Source: an uncultured virus (IMG/VR IMGVR_UViG_3300020046_005824) (lineage: Duplodnaviria; Heunggongvirae; Uroviricota; Caudoviricetes). From it: 64,000 bases of DNA. The notes beneath the pieces were generated by a model, which saw only the letters and a list, made by a program, of their open reading frames with translations, searched no databases and was not told where the DNA came from. The DNA lies in the IMG/VR virus record IMGVR_UViG_3300020046_005824; one strand, given 5' to 3'. Positions 63,825 through 64,000 of the stretch are shown in pieces. Made by a program: the position numbers and the translations under genes. Position 1 is the stretch's first letter. Every line of letters starts with the position of its first letter.

Positions 63825-64000
63825 TTGACGCGCCAGATGCCCACAGAGCCGTCAGGGAGCGCACGGCGGGCGTACTTGCGGCCTTCGTCGCCGACGGACG
63901 CTGCGCTGATGCAGCTGGCGATCCGCTTGGCGCCGCCTTCCGCGCCGGCGTCCTCGGGGCTGACGATGATGGGGGAAGTCGGGTCGACTTTCATCACCCG
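63821..64000 (-). CDS. Partial hypothetical protein (ends DGSVGIWRVK)
   Basis: Translated by hand; open to the window end. Confidence 0.5.
   Translation of the reverse strand, partial: RVMKVDPTSPIIVSPEDAGAEGGAKRIASCISAASVGDEGRKYARRALPDGSVGIWRVK

Overview
The whole window is a tailed dsDNA bacteriophage genome segment (about 60-65% GC by eye), with a podovirus-type virion module and a likely Gram-negative host (spanins, GH19 endolysin). I saw no integrase, CRISPR array, rRNA or reverse transcriptase. Layout: (1) 1-16.2 kb, minus strand, early/accessory genes. A MoxR-like AAA+ ATPase and a HExxH/vWA (DUF2201-like) gene pair is surrounded by about 25 small, translationally coupled, AT-richer ORFs. 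These form motif-defined arrays: two arrays of otherwise dissimilar proteins ending in ..LLL[L/I]E-COOH, and three arrays sharing an 'AAlxM(A/V)G' helix. This arm also carries seven copies of a 21-bp palindrome, a consensus sigma70 promoter with a long structured leader, and a ~1 kb non-coding repeat/AT-rich region. (2) 16.5-49.2 kb, plus strand: HTH, terminase (large subunit with a LAGLIDADG intein), portal, GroES, scaffold, major capsid, tRNA-fMet (minus strand), lysis genes, adaptor/tail proteins and ejection proteins, ending in a 2256-aa polyvalent protein. (3) 49.2-64 kb, minus strand: primase/DUF927, SSB-like, SNF2 helicase, HNH, PD-(D/E)XK nuclease, family A DNA polymerase, small hypotheticals and an SPFH lipoprotein. 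All functional calls come from motif recognition by eye; no database searches were run.
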